From NCBI GenBank assembly GCA_963768655.1, contig CAVYIM010000007.1:201597-265596 (forward strand): a stretch of DNA of 64,000 nucleotides, read 5' to 3'. Origin of the DNA: an uncultured Chloroflexia bacterium (GTDB taxonomy: Bacteria; Chloroflexota; Limnocylindria; Limnocylindrales; CSP1-4). Position 1 is the stretch's first letter, and every line of letters starts with the position of its first letter. The notes under the pieces are model-generated. The model had not been told where the DNA came from. It ran no database searches and worked only from the letters and a program-made list of their open reading frames with translations. Made by a program: the position numbers and the translations under genes. Below are positions 1 through 10,178 of this stretch, piece after piece.

Positions 1-409
1 CGGATGCGCGCACGTCGGCGTCCCAGGGCAGCTCGTCGACCGCGAGGCCACGGGCCACGGAACGGATGTAGAAGCCCGTGCCGCCGACCAGCAGCGCCAC
101 GGCTCCACGCTCGGCGATGCCTGCGAGCGCCTCGCCGGCACAGCCCGAGTAGTCGGCGACGCTGAAGGCCCGGTCCGGATCCACGAGGTCGAGGCAGTGG
201 TGCGGCACCCGGGCGCGCTCGGCGGCCGTGACCTTGGCGGTGCCGATGTCCATGCCGCGGTATACCTGGCGCGAATCGGCGGAGACGATTTCGGCCGCCA
301 CTCCCCACGTGCGCAGCTCCTCGGCCAGGGCGAGCGACAGGGCCGTTTTGCCGCTGGCGGTGGTACCGGCAAGGACGACCAGGGGCGGGAGGCCGGCGGG
401 CGCGGCCAC
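1..409 (-). CDS. miaA: tRNA dimethylallyltransferase (N-terminal part; runs off the window edge)
   Basis: Manual translation from GTG at 409: LPPLVVLAGTTASGKTALSLALAE (P-loop), SADSRQVYRGMDIGTAK, HCLDLVD, LLVGGTGFYIRS. Confidence 0.95.
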   Translation of the reverse strand, partial: MAAPAGLPPLVVLAGTTASGKTALSLALAEELRTWGVAAEIVSADSRQVYRGMDIGTAKVTAAERARVPHHCLDLVDPDRAFSVADYSGCAGEALAGIAERGAVALLVGGTGFYIRSVARGLAVDELPWDADVRAS

Positions 410-421
410 TTACGCGGCCAC

Positions 422-2113
422 CTACGAAGTCGGGGCGACGGCGCGCCCCGGGACGATCCGCCCGCGCAGCGCGAACGGGCCCGCGAACTCGACGCGGACG
501 GTCACGGTGCGGCCGACGAGCTCGGGGTCGCCGGACAGGTGGACGAGCTTGTTGTGGCGAGTCCGACCCGCGAGGGCGACGCTGCCGGCCCCGGCGGCGC
601 CATAGAGACTCGGTACTCGGAGCGAAGCGTCAGCCGGGGGCGGGTCCTCTTCCGCGGCTGAGGCGGAGCGCTTGAGCGGCGTGATCAGCTCCACGAGCAC
701 CTCGACGTCGCGTCCGAGCCATGCCCTGTTGCACTCCAGGCCGATCGACTCCTGGCAGGCCAGCAGGGCGTTCAGGCGGCGCCGCTTGACCGCCGCGGGC
801 ACGTCGTCGGCCATGCGCAACGCCGGAGTTCCAGGCCGTGGCGAGTAGGCCGCGGCGAAGACCGTATCGAACCGGATCTCCTCCATTACGCGCAGCGTGG
901 CCTCGAACTGCGCCTCCGTCTCGCCGCAGAACCCGACGATGACATCCGTCGAGACCGCGATCCCCGGCACCGCTTCGCGTATCCCGGCGAGCCGCTCGCG
1001 ATAGTGGTCGACCGTGTATTGGCGCCCCATCCGCTGCAGCATGGCGTCGTCGCCCGACTGGATCGGCAGATGCAGGTGCTCGCAGACGCTCGGGCATTCG
1101 GCCATGGCGTCGATCAATCGGTCCGAGAGATCCCACGGATGGGACGTTATGAAGCGCAGGCGCGGAATGGCCGGGCCGCCCTGAGGGCCTTCGATCGAGT
1201 CGATCGCGCGCAGCAATTCGGCCAGATCGGGGCGGCCGCGCAGGTCGAGCCTGTGCCCGCTCGATCTTTCCGTCGAGATGTGGCCGAACCGTTCTTCCGC
1301 CGGCAGATCGTGGCCGTAGCTGTTCACGTTCTGGCCGAGCAGGGTCAGCTCCGCGAACCCGGCCGCGGCGATGCTTTCCGCCTCGGCGACGATGTCATCG
1401 AATGGCCGGCTGCGCTCGGGTCCGCGCGAGAACGGGACGATGCAGTAAGTGCAGGTCTTGTCGCAGCCGTAGACGATCGGCAGCCAGGCAGAGCTGGCCG
1501 AAGAGCGGGCGACGCGGCCCTCGGCCAGGGCCGTTGCCCGGCTGGGCGGCAGATTGTCGGCGGCGCTGACCGGCCTGCCGGAGACGACTGTCGTGGCCGC
1601 CGTCGCCGCCGCCCGGAGGCCGACGGGAGCCTGCGCGGAGACCAGGCCCAGCCGCAGCGCCAGCTCGGGTTCCTCGTCGGGCCGCAGGAACATGTCGACC
1701 GCCGGGAAGCGTCGAGCCAGGCCGGCGCGTTCGGACTCGCGGACGCCGCAGCCGGTCAGCACGACCCGCAAACCGGGTTTGGCCCGCTTCAGTTCGGCGA
1801 GCTGGCCCTGGCGGCCGATGACTTTCGCCTCGGCGTGCTCGCGGACGGCGCAGGTGTTGATGACGATCAGGTCGGCCAGCTCCATCGAGGGCGCCCGCTC
1901 GCAGCCGACGGCCAGCAGCTGGCCGGCCATCTCTTCGGAGTCGCTCTGGTTCATCTGGCAGCCGAGGGTCCAGAGAAAGAAGCCGGGCATCTCGTGCAGG
2001 CCGGGCCGGAACTCGGCGACGGCCGGATCCACAGCCGGCGGGACGGCGCGGGGCGCCAGCTCGACCCGTGGGACAGCTGGCGGCGCGAGAGCGCCCTCCG
2101 GCCGCACCGTCAT
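422..2113 (-). CDS. miaB: tRNA-2-methylthio-N6-dimethylallyladenosine synthase (radical SAM)
   Basis: TLGCQMNQSDSE, NTCAVRE, CDKTCTYC (CxxxCxxC), HLPIQSG, C-terminal TRAM domain; adjacent to miaA. Confidence 0.95.
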   Translation of the reverse strand: MTVRPEGALAPPAVPRVELAPRAVPPAVDPAVAEFRPGLHEMPGFFLWTLGCQMNQSDSEEMAGQLLAVGCERAPSMELADLIVINTCAVREHAEAKVIGRQGQLAELKRAKPGLRVVLTGCGVRESERAGLARRFPAVDMFLRPDEEPELALRLGLVSAQAPVGLRAAATAATTVVSGRPVSAADNLPPSRATALAEGRVARSSASSAWLPIVYGCDKTCTYCIVPFSRGPERSRPFDDIVAEAESIAAAGFAELTLLGQNVNSYGHDLPAEERFGHISTERSSGHRLDLRGRPDLAELLRAIDSIEGPQGGPAIPRLRFITSHPWDLSDRLIDAMAECPSVCEHLHLPIQSGDDAMLQRMGRQYTVDHYRERLAGIREAVPGIAVSTDVIVGFCGETEAQFEATLRVMEEIRFDTVFAAAYSPRPGTPALRMADDVPAAVKRRRLNALLACQESIGLECNRAWLGRDVEVLVELITPLKRSASAAEEDPPPADASLRVPSLYGAAGAGSVALAGRTRHNKLVHLSGDPELVGRTVTVRVEFAGPFALRGRIVPGRAVAPTS

Positions 2114-3207
2114 GAAGGCGAGGCCTCGGTGCGGATCGTCAAACGGCGGCGGCCGAGCAGCGCGTACAGGTTCGTGGCGTCCTCGTCGGGTACGTAGAGA
2201 GCGGCGTGCGCCTCAGCATACGTCTCCCCGTCGCCGTGATAGTCGCTCCCGCCCGTGGGAACCAGGCGCAGCTCACCCGCGACGTCGGCCAGCTCGGCGA
2301 TGGTGTCGGAATCGAAGTGGCGGTAGTGGACCTCTAGCCCGCCCAGCCCGACCTTTTTCAGGTCCTCGACCAGTTCGCGGCGCTCGTAGGCATCGGCGAA
2401 ATGGGCCAGTGCTGGCAGTCCGCCGGCGGCCCTGATGGCGGAGATGGCCTCGTTCGGACCCAGGCCCTCTCGGGGCACGTATGCCGGCTTGCCGCGGCCC
2501 AGGAGACGCTGCATCGCGTCGTCCACGCTCGAGGCGTACCGCGCGGTCACGAGGCAGCGGGCGATCTGTGGCCTGCCGAGCGCGGCGCCGGACGCGGCCG
2601 GCTGTCCGGCCAGCAGCTCGTGGACCTGATCGTCGACCGAGTAGCCGAGCTGTGCCAGCCGGTCGACGATCCGACTGAACCGGGTCAGGCGAAAGCAGCG
2701 CTGGCGTTCGAGCGTCGCTTCGAAGAAGTCGTCGTTGACGTCTACGCCCAGGCCGAGGATGTGCAGCTCGCCTTCCCACAGCTGGGGGATGCCCATGGCG
2801 ACGCTGTTGATCTCGACCGCCGGCAGCAGCTCGAGCGATAGGGGCGGCTGGCCGGGCGCGAGCAGCTCCCTGACGCCTGCCAGCGTGTCGTGGTCGGAGA
2901 GCGCCAGGACCTGCACGCCGGACGTCGCGGCCGCGCCGACCAGCTCGCGCGGCTCGAGAACGCCATCGGAGCGGCAGCTATGCGTGTGCAGGTCCACCCG
3001 TGACGGATGCGGGGGTACGACCCGATCGCCCTGAGTGGCCCGGTAGGCGGTGCTGCGGTACCGGTAGGAGCCGGTGTCGCCCTTCAGCGGATCGGCCGGT
3101 TTGGGGGCGCGTGCGCGATCGTTCTGCGCGGAGCCCGTCGGGGCCTTCTCGCTCGCGCGGGCTGCCCGCCGGAGAAGCTCGTCTCGGCGCCGCTGGTCGT
3201 CGGTCAC
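2110..3207 (-). CDS. PHP-domain phosphoesterase with an Arg-rich N-terminal extension
   Basis: DLHTHS.SDG, ALSDHDT, GRPQIA, LAH, GGSDYHG motifs; GTG at 3207 follows the ymdB stop; start approximate. Confidence 0.85.
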   Translation of the reverse strand: MTDDQRRRDELLRRAARASEKAPTGSAQNDRARAPKPADPLKGDTGSYRYRSTAYRATQGDRVVPPHPSRVDLHTHSCRSDGVLEPRELVGAAATSGVQVLALSDHDTLAGVRELLAPGQPPLSLELLPAVEINSVAMGIPQLWEGELHILGLGVDVNDDFFEATLERQRCFRLTRFSRIVDRLAQLGYSVDDQVHELLAGQPAASGAALGRPQIARCLVTARYASSVDDAMQRLLGRGKPAYVPREGLGPNEAISAIRAAGGLPALAHFADAYERRELVEDLKKVGLGGLEVHYRHFDSDTIAELADVAGELRLVPTGGSDYHGDGETYAEAHAALYVPDEDATNLYALLGRRRLTIRTEASPS

Positions 3208-3208
3208 G

Positions 3209-4048
3209 CTAGACCTCGACGACGCGCGCGACCCGCTCGATCGCCAGCGCCCGACCCGTGTCGGGATCGACGTCGATCTGGCAGGCATTGAAGACCACCG
3301 GACCGGTCCCCACTTCGAAGCGCGTCGGCAGGCCGTTCAGAAAGCGAGGGATCACCGTGGCCGGATCGAAGCCGATGACGCTGTGAACAGGCCCGCACAT
3401 GCCGAGATCCGACTGGTAGGCCGTGCCCTTTGGCATGATCCGCTCGTCGGCGGTGGCAACGTGGGTGTGCGTCCCTACGACCGCGCTAGCTCGACCGTCG
3501 AGGTAGATGCCAAAGGCGTTCTTCTCGCTGGTCAGCTCGCAGTGGAAGTCCACGACGCGGACCGGCGGCAAGGGCTCGGAGGCCTCGTCGATCAGGCGGT
3601 CGAAGTCGGTGAAGGGATTCTCGATCGGGGTCATGTACGTGCGGCCCTGGAAGTTGAGCACGGCCACGTCCGTGCCGTCGGCGGCGCGGAAGATGCCCCA
3701 GCCGCGTCCCGGGACCCCGTCCGTGCCGTAGTTGTGCGGGCGAAGGATCCGCTCGTCGTGTTCGAGTTCCTGGTACATCTCGCGCTTGTCCCAGATGTGG
3801 TTGCCCGAGGTGATGACGTCTATCCCGGACTTGAACATGCCCTCGGCGGTGGAAGCGGTCAGGCCCATTCCGCCGGCAACGTTCTCGCCGTTGGCGGTGA
3901 CCAGGGCGATGTCGCGCTCGTGCCGAAGGCCGGGGAGAAGCGCCTCGACGGCCAGCCTGCCGGGCCGCCCGATCAGGTCGCCGATCATGAGGATGCGGCA
4001 GGCACGCCGGCCTGCCGGGGTAAGGGGCGGGCCGGCGGGGACGGACAC
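3209..4048 (-). CDS. ymdB: YmdB/TIGR00282-family metallophosphoesterase
   Basis: IGDLIGRPG, NGENVAGG, TSGNHIWD, DFHCELTSEK, GTHTHV, DLGMCGP; conserved position after rny. Confidence 0.92.
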   Translation of the reverse strand: MSVPAGPPLTPAGRRACRILMIGDLIGRPGRLAVEALLPGLRHERDIALVTANGENVAGGMGLTASTAEGMFKSGIDVITSGNHIWDKREMYQELEHDERILRPHNYGTDGVPGRGWGIFRAADGTDVAVLNFQGRTYMTPIENPFTDFDRLIDEASEPLPPVRVVDFHCELTSEKNAFGIYLDGRASAVVGTHTHVATADERIMPKGTAYQSDLGMCGPVHSVIGFDPATVIPRFLNGLPTRFEVGTGPVVFNACQIDVDPDTGRALAIERVARVVEV

Positions 4049-4054
4049 GGGCGG

Positions 4055-5590
4055 CTACTTGGCGTATTCGACGGCCCGCGTCTCGCGGATGACCGTCACC
4101 TTGATCTGGCCCGGGTAGGTGAGGCTGGCCTCGATCTTCTTGACCACGTCGCGGGCCAGGCGGGTGGCGGTGACGTCGTCGATCTGTTCCGGCCTCACGA
4201 GGATGCGAACCTCGCGACCGGCCTGGACCGCGAAGCTCTTCTCCACTCCCTCGAAGCTCTCCGCGATCGCCTGCAGGTCCTCCAGACGCCGGACGTACGT
4301 TTCCATCGACTCGCCGCGGGCGCCTGGCCGCGAGGCGCTGATCGCGTCCGCGACCTGGACGATGGGAGCCTCCATGGACGCGTACTCGACTTCCTGGTGG
4401 TGGGCCGCGATGGCGTTCACGACCTTCGGCGAGAGGTTGTGACGCTGCGCGATCTGGGCTCCGATCTGGGCGTGCGGTCCTTCGACTTCGTGGTCGACTG
4501 CCTTGCCCATGTCGTGGAGCAGGCCGCCGACCTTGGCCGCCTGCACGTCCAGGCCCAGCTCCGAGGCGATCATTGCCGCAAGTCGGCTGGTCTCGACGGA
4601 GTGGACGAGCACGTTCTGGCCGTAGCTGGTCCGATACTTGAGGCGGCCCAGTAACTTCACTATCTCCGAGGGAAGGGCCGGGATCCCGGCGTCGTATATG
4701 GCCTGCTCGCCGGCCTGGCGCATGACCAGGTCAACCTCCGCGCGCGCCTTGGCGACGACCTCCTCGATGCGTCCGGGGTGGATGCGGCCGTCGGCCATGA
4801 GCTTGGTCAGGGCCAGGCGGGCGACCTCTCGGCGGACCGGATCGAAGGCGCTGATGACGACCGTCTCGGGGGTGTCGTCGATGATCAGGTCGACGCCGGT
4901 GGCCTGCTCCAGGGCCCGTATGTTGCGACCCTCGCGACCGATGATGCGGCCCTTCATCTCGTCGTTCGGCAGATGGACGGCGCTGACCGTGTGCTCGGCC
5001 GTGTGGTCCGCCGCGATGCGCTGCATCGTGGTGATGACGATCTCACGGGCGCGATCCTCGGCCTCGTCGCGGGCGGCCCGCTCGATCGCCTTGGCGATGC
5101 GGACGGCATCGTGCTCGGCTTCGTCACGAACCGCGTCGAGGAGCTGAGCCTTGGCCTCGGCCGCGGTCATTCCGCTCACGCGCTCTAGCGCAGCAACGTG
5201 CTCCTGCTGGGCCGTGGCGAGCTGTTGACGGCTGTTCTCGAGCTCGCGTTCGCGCTCCAGGAGCTTGCGATCGCGCTGCTCGAGCATGTCGGACCGGAGA
5301 TCGAGTTGTTCGTCGCGGGCGAGGAGACGGCTCTCCAGGCCGGAGAGCTCCGCTCGTTTGGCACGGGCCTCGTCTTCGGCCTCACGCGCCAGCCTTAGCT
5401 TCTCGTCCTTGGCTTCGAGGATCAGTTCCTTCTGCTGGGCGCGGGCCTCGGCGACGATGCGACCGGCTTTGTCCTGGGCGCTCTTCACCGCCTGATTGGC
5501 CAGCTGCCCGCGAGCCAGGAACCCGACGACCACGCCCACGGCAAGGGCAACCACAGCGGCTGTGGCCACAAGGGCTAGTTCCATATTCAT
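4055..5590 (-). CDS. rny: Ribonuclease Y
   Basis: N-terminal TM, coiled coil, KH domain ([13 protein letters not shown]), HD domain (LLHDMGKA), C-terminal AVQAGREVR. Confidence 0.97.
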   Translation of the reverse strand: MNMELALVATAAVVALAVGVVVGFLARGQLANQAVKSAQDKAGRIVAEARAQQKELILEAKDEKLRLAREAEDEARAKRAELSGLESRLLARDEQLDLRSDMLEQRDRKLLERERELENSRQQLATAQQEHVAALERVSGMTAAEAKAQLLDAVRDEAEHDAVRIAKAIERAARDEAEDRAREIVITTMQRIAADHTAEHTVSAVHLPNDEMKGRIIGREGRNIRALEQATGVDLIIDDTPETVVISAFDPVRREVARLALTKLMADGRIHPGRIEEVVAKARAEVDLVMRQAGEQAIYDAGIPALPSEIVKLLGRLKYRTSYGQNVLVHSVETSRLAAMIASELGLDVQAAKVGGLLHDMGKAVDHEVEGPHAQIGAQIAQRHNLSPKVVNAIAAHHQEVEYASMEAPIVQVADAISASRPGARGESMETYVRRLEDLQAIAESFEGVEKSFAVQAGREVRILVRPEQIDDVTATRLARDVVKKIEASLTYPGQIKVTVIRETRAVEYAK

Positions 5591-5764
5591 TTGCCTCCCG
5601 TCCGGCCGATGACGCGGCCGGAGGTACGTCGAAACTGGCTGGGGCGGCCGTGTCCGGTCTGGGCCCGCTCCCGGGGCGCCATTGGACCAAGCCGCGTTGT
5701 AGATGATTTCGAGCTGGCGTCGCGGCCAGGGCGTGGCTGGCGACGCATTGTTCGTCTCGCGCGT

Positions 5765-5770
5765 AGTCTA
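5765..5770 (-). promoter_or_regulatory. Putative -10 element (TAGACT) for rny, giving a ~170-nt structured leader
   Basis: TAnnnT hexamer in the recX-rny gap, downstream of a terminator-like hairpin; no clear -35. Confidence 0.45.
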
Positions 5771-5821
5771 CGGCGGACGGGCCAATCCGGTCACGCGCGC
5801 GCGAAACGGGGAGTTCTCGTT

Positions 5822-5854
5822 CCGGTTGGCGTGCCGGTGCCGCGCGCCAACCGG
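5822..5854 (-). terminator. GC-rich hairpin after recX (putative terminator, no U-tract)
   Basis: ccggttggcgtg-N9-cgcgccaaccgg, 12-bp stem with one G-T pair. Confidence 0.5.
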
Positions 5855-5864
5855 CCGCCCGTCG

Positions 5865-6497
5865 TCAGTCTTCCCAGGCCGAGGGATCGTCCCCCGCTTC
5901 CGGGGCGGCCGCGAAGAACCGGCGAGTCGCCTCCCGGCACACGTCGGGGTCGAAGCCGTTGCGGGCTAGCAGTGCGTACGCCCGCTGGCGGCGGGCTCGT
6001 GAGTCGGCGATGCGCGCCAGGACGCGGCCCCGTCGGGCAAGAAGACGCTCGGCTGCGGCCATGTCCGGCCCCTCCCGTGCCTCGCCGACATCGCTGCCAC
6101 CACCTTCGTCGGCAGTGCCGGGGCCGAGGTGGCCGGTCCGCCTCTCGCCGAGGACCTCGGCCGCCAGATCTCTGTCGATGCCCTTGAGCGCCAGCTCGCG
6201 GCGCAGGGCAGCCTCGCTGCGTGGCCTGGCTCGGTCGCGCAATTCCACCCACGTGCGGGCGAAAGTGGCGTCGTCGAGCATTCTGAGCTCCGTCAGTCGG
6301 ACGATTGCCGCCTCGACCAGGTCGGCTCGATACCCGGCCCCGGTGAGGTGGCGCCGCAGTTCATCTACGGAGCGGGATCGAGCCTCGAGGAACCGCGCCG
6401 CGGCGTTCAGGACGATGGCGGGGTCGTCTATGAGAGCGCGGCGCTCGCGGCGCTCACGGAGCAATTCCCTGTGGTCCTGCGCGTACGTGCGAGGCAT
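5865..6497 (-). CDS. recX: Regulatory protein RecX
   Basis: RSVDELRRHL, LDDATFARTW, ALRRELALKG, YALLARNGF; directly downstream of recA. Confidence 0.9.
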   Translation of the reverse strand: MPRTYAQDHRELLRERRERRALIDDPAIVLNAAARFLEARSRSVDELRRHLTGAGYRADLVEAAIVRLTELRMLDDATFARTWVELRDRARPRSEAALRRELALKGIDRDLAAEVLGERRTGHLGPGTADEGGGSDVGEAREGPDMAAAERLLARRGRVLARIADSRARRQRAYALLARNGFDPDVCREATRRFFAAAPEAGDDPSAWED

Positions 6498-6504
6498 GAG
6501 CCCG

Positions 6505-7587
6505 CTACTCGGCCTCCTCGATGCCCTCCACCGGCAGCGAGACTTCGGACATCTTGGCCCGGATCTGCTTCTCGACCTCGGCCGCGATGTCTGGATTGGC
6601 CTTCAGGAACTCCTTGGCGGCCTCCCGACCCTGGCCCAGCCGGGTTTCGCCGAAGGTGAACCAGGCCCCGGTCTTCGCGACCAGGCTCATGGCCGTCCCG
6701 ACGTCAAGAAGGCCGCCTTCCTTGGAGATGCCCTGGCCGAACATGATGTCGAACTCGGCGGCCTTGAAAGGTGGCGCGACCTTGTTCTTGACGACCTTGA
6801 CCTTGACGCGGTTGCCGACAGAGTCCGTGCCCGACTTGATCGTCTCGATGCGCCGGATGTCCAGGCGCACGCTGGCGTAGAACTTCAGGGCCCGGCCGCC
6901 CGGCGTGACCTCGGGATTCCCGAACATGACCCCGATCTTCTCGCGCAGCTGATTGGTGAAGATGAGGCTGGTGTTCGATCGACTGACGACGCCGGCGAGC
7001 TTGCGAAGGGCCTGGCTCATCAGCCGGGCCTGGATGCCCACGAACGAGTCGCCCATCTCGCCTTCGATCTCGGCCTTGGGCACGAGGGCGGCAACGGAGT
7101 CCACCACGACGGCGTCCACACCGTTGGAGCGAATCAGCGTCTCGGTGATCTGCAGCGCGTCCTCGCCGGTGTCGGGCTGGCTGACGAGCAGTTCGTCCAC
7201 GTTGACGCCGCAGGCGCGCGCGTAGCCCGGATCGAGGGCATGCTCGACGTCGATGAAGGCGACTACGCCGCCCTTGCGCTGAGCTTCCGCCAGGATGTGC
7301 TGACACAGCGTGGTCTTGCCCGACGATTCGGGCCCGAAAATCTCGGTGATGCGACCGCGCGGGATTCCACCCACGCCCAGGGCGAGGTCCAGCGCTATCG
7401 AGCCAGTTGGTATGACGTCAACCTGGGCTCGTTCCGACGAGCCGAGACGCATGATCGAGCCTCGCCCGAATTGCTTCTCGATGGCCAGAATCGCCGCGTC
7501 GACGGCCTTGGTGCGTTCATTCGGGCGCTCGGTAGAGCGCTCCGCGCCTGTTGCCCGGGCCTCGGTCCCTCGCTCGATCATCGCCAC
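6505..7587 (-). CDS. recA: Recombinase RecA
   Basis: [54 protein letters not shown]. Confidence 0.99.
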   Translation of the reverse strand: MAMIERGTEARATGAERSTERPNERTKAVDAAILAIEKQFGRGSIMRLGSSERAQVDVIPTGSIALDLALGVGGIPRGRITEIFGPESSGKTTLCQHILAEAQRKGGVVAFIDVEHALDPGYARACGVNVDELLVSQPDTGEDALQITETLIRSNGVDAVVVDSVAALVPKAEIEGEMGDSFVGIQARLMSQALRKLAGVVSRSNTSLIFTNQLREKIGVMFGNPEVTPGGRALKFYASVRLDIRRIETIKSGTDSVGNRVKVKVVKNKVAPPFKAAEFDIMFGQGISKEGGLLDVGTAMSLVAKTGAWFTFGETRLGQGREAAKEFLKANPDIAAEVEKQIRAKMSEVSLPVEGIEEAE

Positions 7588-7668
7588 CTAGCTCCTCGCT
7601 CCTGTCCTCGATCGTTGCCACGACTTGGGATTAGCGGAACGGGTCGCCGGACGGCGTCCGCCCGCCTA

Positions 7669-7824
7669 TTAGCTCTCGGTCTCGTCGGTCCGCGGCTTCC
7701 GCTTCGGCTTCCACACCTCGACGTTGGTGGGGGGCTCCAGCATGGGCTGGATCTGGGGGGTCTTCTTCCCAGCGTCCTTGGGCTTCTTCTTTTCTTCACG
7801 GTGCGGGCGGTCTCGGCTCGCCAT
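7669..7824 (-). CDS. Small basic hypothetical protein (51 aa)
   Basis: GGAGG RBS before ATG 7824; MASRDRPHREEKKKPKDAGKK...EVWKPKRKPRTDETES; fills the tgt-recA gap on the same strand. Confidence 0.7.
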   Translation of the reverse strand: MASRDRPHREEKKKPKDAGKKTPQIQPMLEPPTNVEVWKPKRKPRTDETES

Positions 7825-7864
7825 CGGGTGCGCCTCCGCGTTCCACAGGCTACTGGTGGGCTCT

Positions 7865-9070
7865 TCACTCCGGCTGCACTGGCAATGCACGCGCTCCTGA
7901 CGGAGGGGTCCGCGCCCGGAGTCCGGGCAGCCGATCGGAGAACGTGCCTGAGCGCAGCGCGTCGCGGATTTCGGCCATGAAGTCTAGGGTGAAGGTCATG
8001 TTGTGACAAGTTGCCAGGCGGTAGGCGAGAAGCTCCTCGGCACGGAACAGGTGAGCCAGATAAGCGCGCGAGAAGTTGCGACACAGCAGACAGCGGCAGC
8101 CCTCCTGGACCGGCCGGCGGTCCTCCACGAACTGGGCGTTGCGCATGTTCAGGCGGCCGCCGGGGACCCACAGCTGACCGTTGCGGGCGACTCGTGCCGG
8201 CAGCACGGAGTCGAACAGATCGACGCCGCGATGCACCGCCTCGAGCAGGTCCGCCGGCGAGCCGAGGCCCATCAGGTAGCGCGGCCGCGGATCGTCGGCA
8301 AGCAGGCCGATGGCAACGGCGAGAGCTGCCTCACGCTGGGCGGGTGTCTCATCGCCGGCCAGGCCGCCGATGCAGATGCCGTCGAACGGCTGGCCCGCCA
8401 TGAAACTCGTCGACTCGGCTCGAAGCCGCGGATCGAGGCCGCCCTGGACGACGCCGAAAAGGGCTTGATCGGGTCGCGTGTGCGCGGCGAGCGAGCGCTC
8501 GGCCCAGCGATGAGTGCGAGCCATGGCTTCCGCGACGGCCTGCGGGGTCGACGAGGCGGGCGGCACCGGCTGATCGAAAGCGACGGCGATGTCTGCGCCG
8601 AGCGCCTCCTGCACGGCGATCGAGTGCTCGGGCGTGAAGCGATGGTAGGAGCCGTCGAGATGGCTCTGGAAGGTGACGCCCTCGTCGTCGATCTTGCGCA
8701 ACTCGCCCATCGAGGCAACCTGGAACCCGCCTGAGTCGGTGAGGAGCGGCCGGTCCCAGGCCATGAAGCTGTGCAGGCCGCCGAGCCGCGCAATTCGCTC
8801 GTGTCCGGGGCGAAGGTAGAGGTGATACGTGTTGGCCAGGATGATCGTGGCGCCGGCCTCGCGAAGGTCGTCGGGAGCGAGCGCCTTCACCGTCGCGTTG
8901 GTGCCGACCGGCATGAACTGGGGCGTCTCAACGACCCCGTGGGGCAGCGTCAGCCGCCCGACCCGACCTTGAGTGGACCCATCGCCGGGCGGCGCGACCT
9001 CGACTTCGTAGCGGACCGGAGATGTCTTGGGGATGCGATGGGCGGGCGGGCGATCCGGTGCGTCTGCCAT
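7865..9070 (-). CDS. tgt: tRNA-guanine transglycosylase
   Basis: TPQFMPVGT, LANTYHLYLRPG, TDSGGFQV, FDSVLPAR, CRCLLC zinc site. Confidence 0.96.
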   Translation of the reverse strand: MADAPDRPPAHRIPKTSPVRYEVEVAPPGDGSTQGRVGRLTLPHGVVETPQFMPVGTNATVKALAPDDLREAGATIILANTYHLYLRPGHERIARLGGLHSFMAWDRPLLTDSGGFQVASMGELRKIDDEGVTFQSHLDGSYHRFTPEHSIAVQEALGADIAVAFDQPVPPASSTPQAVAEAMARTHRWAERSLAAHTRPDQALFGVVQGGLDPRLRAESTSFMAGQPFDGICIGGLAGDETPAQREAALAVAIGLLADDPRPRYLMGLGSPADLLEAVHRGVDLFDSVLPARVARNGQLWVPGGRLNMRNAQFVEDRRPVQEGCRCLLCRNFSRAYLAHLFRAEELLAYRLATCHNMTFTLDFMAEIRDALRSGTFSDRLPGLRARTPPSGARALPVQPE

Positions 9071-10155
9071 CAGCGAGCGGATGCGTCGGGGTCGGTCGTG
9101 CCGTCCCAGAGCGCCGGCTGGTCGGCATCGCTGCGCCGCGGCGGCGGTACTTCGTAACCGAGGCGCGCCAGGTGCTGGCGAGCGCCGTCCGTGGCGATAC
9201 GACCCTGTGGGGTCCGGTCGAGGAACCCCAGCCGCAGAAGGAAGGGCTCGTAGACGTCCTCGACCGTTTCCGGCTCCTCTGCCAGAACCGCGGCCAAGGC
9301 TTGCACTCCCACCGGCCCGCCGCCGAACTTCTGGACGATGGCGGCGAGCAGCTTGCGGTCCGTCCCGTCCAGGCCGGCGTCGTCGATCTCGAGAGCGGCC
9401 AGTGCCTGATCGGCGGTGGCGGCGTCGACCCTGCCATCGCCGTGGATCTGGGCGTAGTCGCGCACGCGACGCAGCAGGCGGTTCACGACGCGTGGAGTGC
9501 CGCGACCGCGGCGGGCGATCGCGGCGGCCCCGTCCGAGCTGAGCTCCACGCCCAGCAGCCGAGCGGACCGCTCGACGATCGCCGTCAGGTCCGCAAGATC
9601 GTAGAAGTCAAGCCGGTAGGTGGCGCCGAAACGGTCGCGCAGCGGGCTGGATATTCGACCCGCCCGCGTGGTCGCTCCGACGATCGTGAACGGCTTCAGG
9701 CTGAGGCGCAGGCTGCGGGCCGACGGCCCCTTGCCGATCATGACGTCGAGGGCGTAGTCCTCCATCGCCGGGTAGAGGATCTCCTCGACAGCGCGATTGA
9801 GGCGGTGGATCTCATCGATGAAGAGGACGTCGCGCTCGTCCAGCGACGTCAGAATGGCGGCGAGGTCCCCTGCCCGCTCGATCGCGGGGCCGCTGGCATA
9901 CCGAATGTTCGCGCCGAGCTCGCGGGCCACGATCGTGGCCAGCGTGGTCTTGCCCAGGCCGGGCGGGCCGTGGAGCAGGATGTGGTCCGCCGCGTCCCCT
10001 CTCTGGCGGGCGGCTCCGAGCAGGACCGAGAGATTGGCCTTCAGCTCGCGCTGGCCGATGTACTCACCGAGAGTCTTGGGCCGCAGCGTCCGGTCGACGA
10101 CGACGTCGGCGTCTTCCTGGATGTCCGGGGCCAGGATGCGCGAGAAGTCAGTCAC
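9070..10155 (-). CDS. ruvB: Holliday junction branch migration helicase RuvB
   Basis: [52 protein letters not shown]; stop overlaps the tgt start (TGATG). Confidence 0.98.
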   Translation of the reverse strand: MTDFSRILAPDIQEDADVVVDRTLRPKTLGEYIGQRELKANLSVLLGAARQRGDAADHILLHGPPGLGKTTLATIVARELGANIRYASGPAIERAGDLAAILTSLDERDVLFIDEIHRLNRAVEEILYPAMEDYALDVMIGKGPSARSLRLSLKPFTIVGATTRAGRISSPLRDRFGATYRLDFYDLADLTAIVERSARLLGVELSSDGAAAIARRGRGTPRVVNRLLRRVRDYAQIHGDGRVDAATADQALAALEIDDAGLDGTDRKLLAAIVQKFGGGPVGVQALAAVLAEEPETVEDVYEPFLLRLGFLDRTPQGRIATDGARQHLARLGYEVPPPRRSDADQPALWDGTTDPDASAR

Positions 10156-10178
10156 CGGCGCGCTCGCTCATGCCGCGG

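Noticed and set aside
3074-4654. 526-aa + strand ORF and similar long overlapping ORFs (e.g. 9022-10446, 27003-28799, 36371-38374)
   Set aside because: All lie antisense to or out of frame with confidently identified genes and have no recognisable domains.
7590-7668. LexA box directly upstream of recA
   Set aside because: Only a half match (GAACGGGTCGCC); the GTTC half-site is missing.
5959-7980. 673-aa + strand ORF
   Set aside because: Antisense shadow of recX/recA/small ORF; Arg/Gly/Pro-rich with no motifs, typical of stop-poor high-GC DNA.
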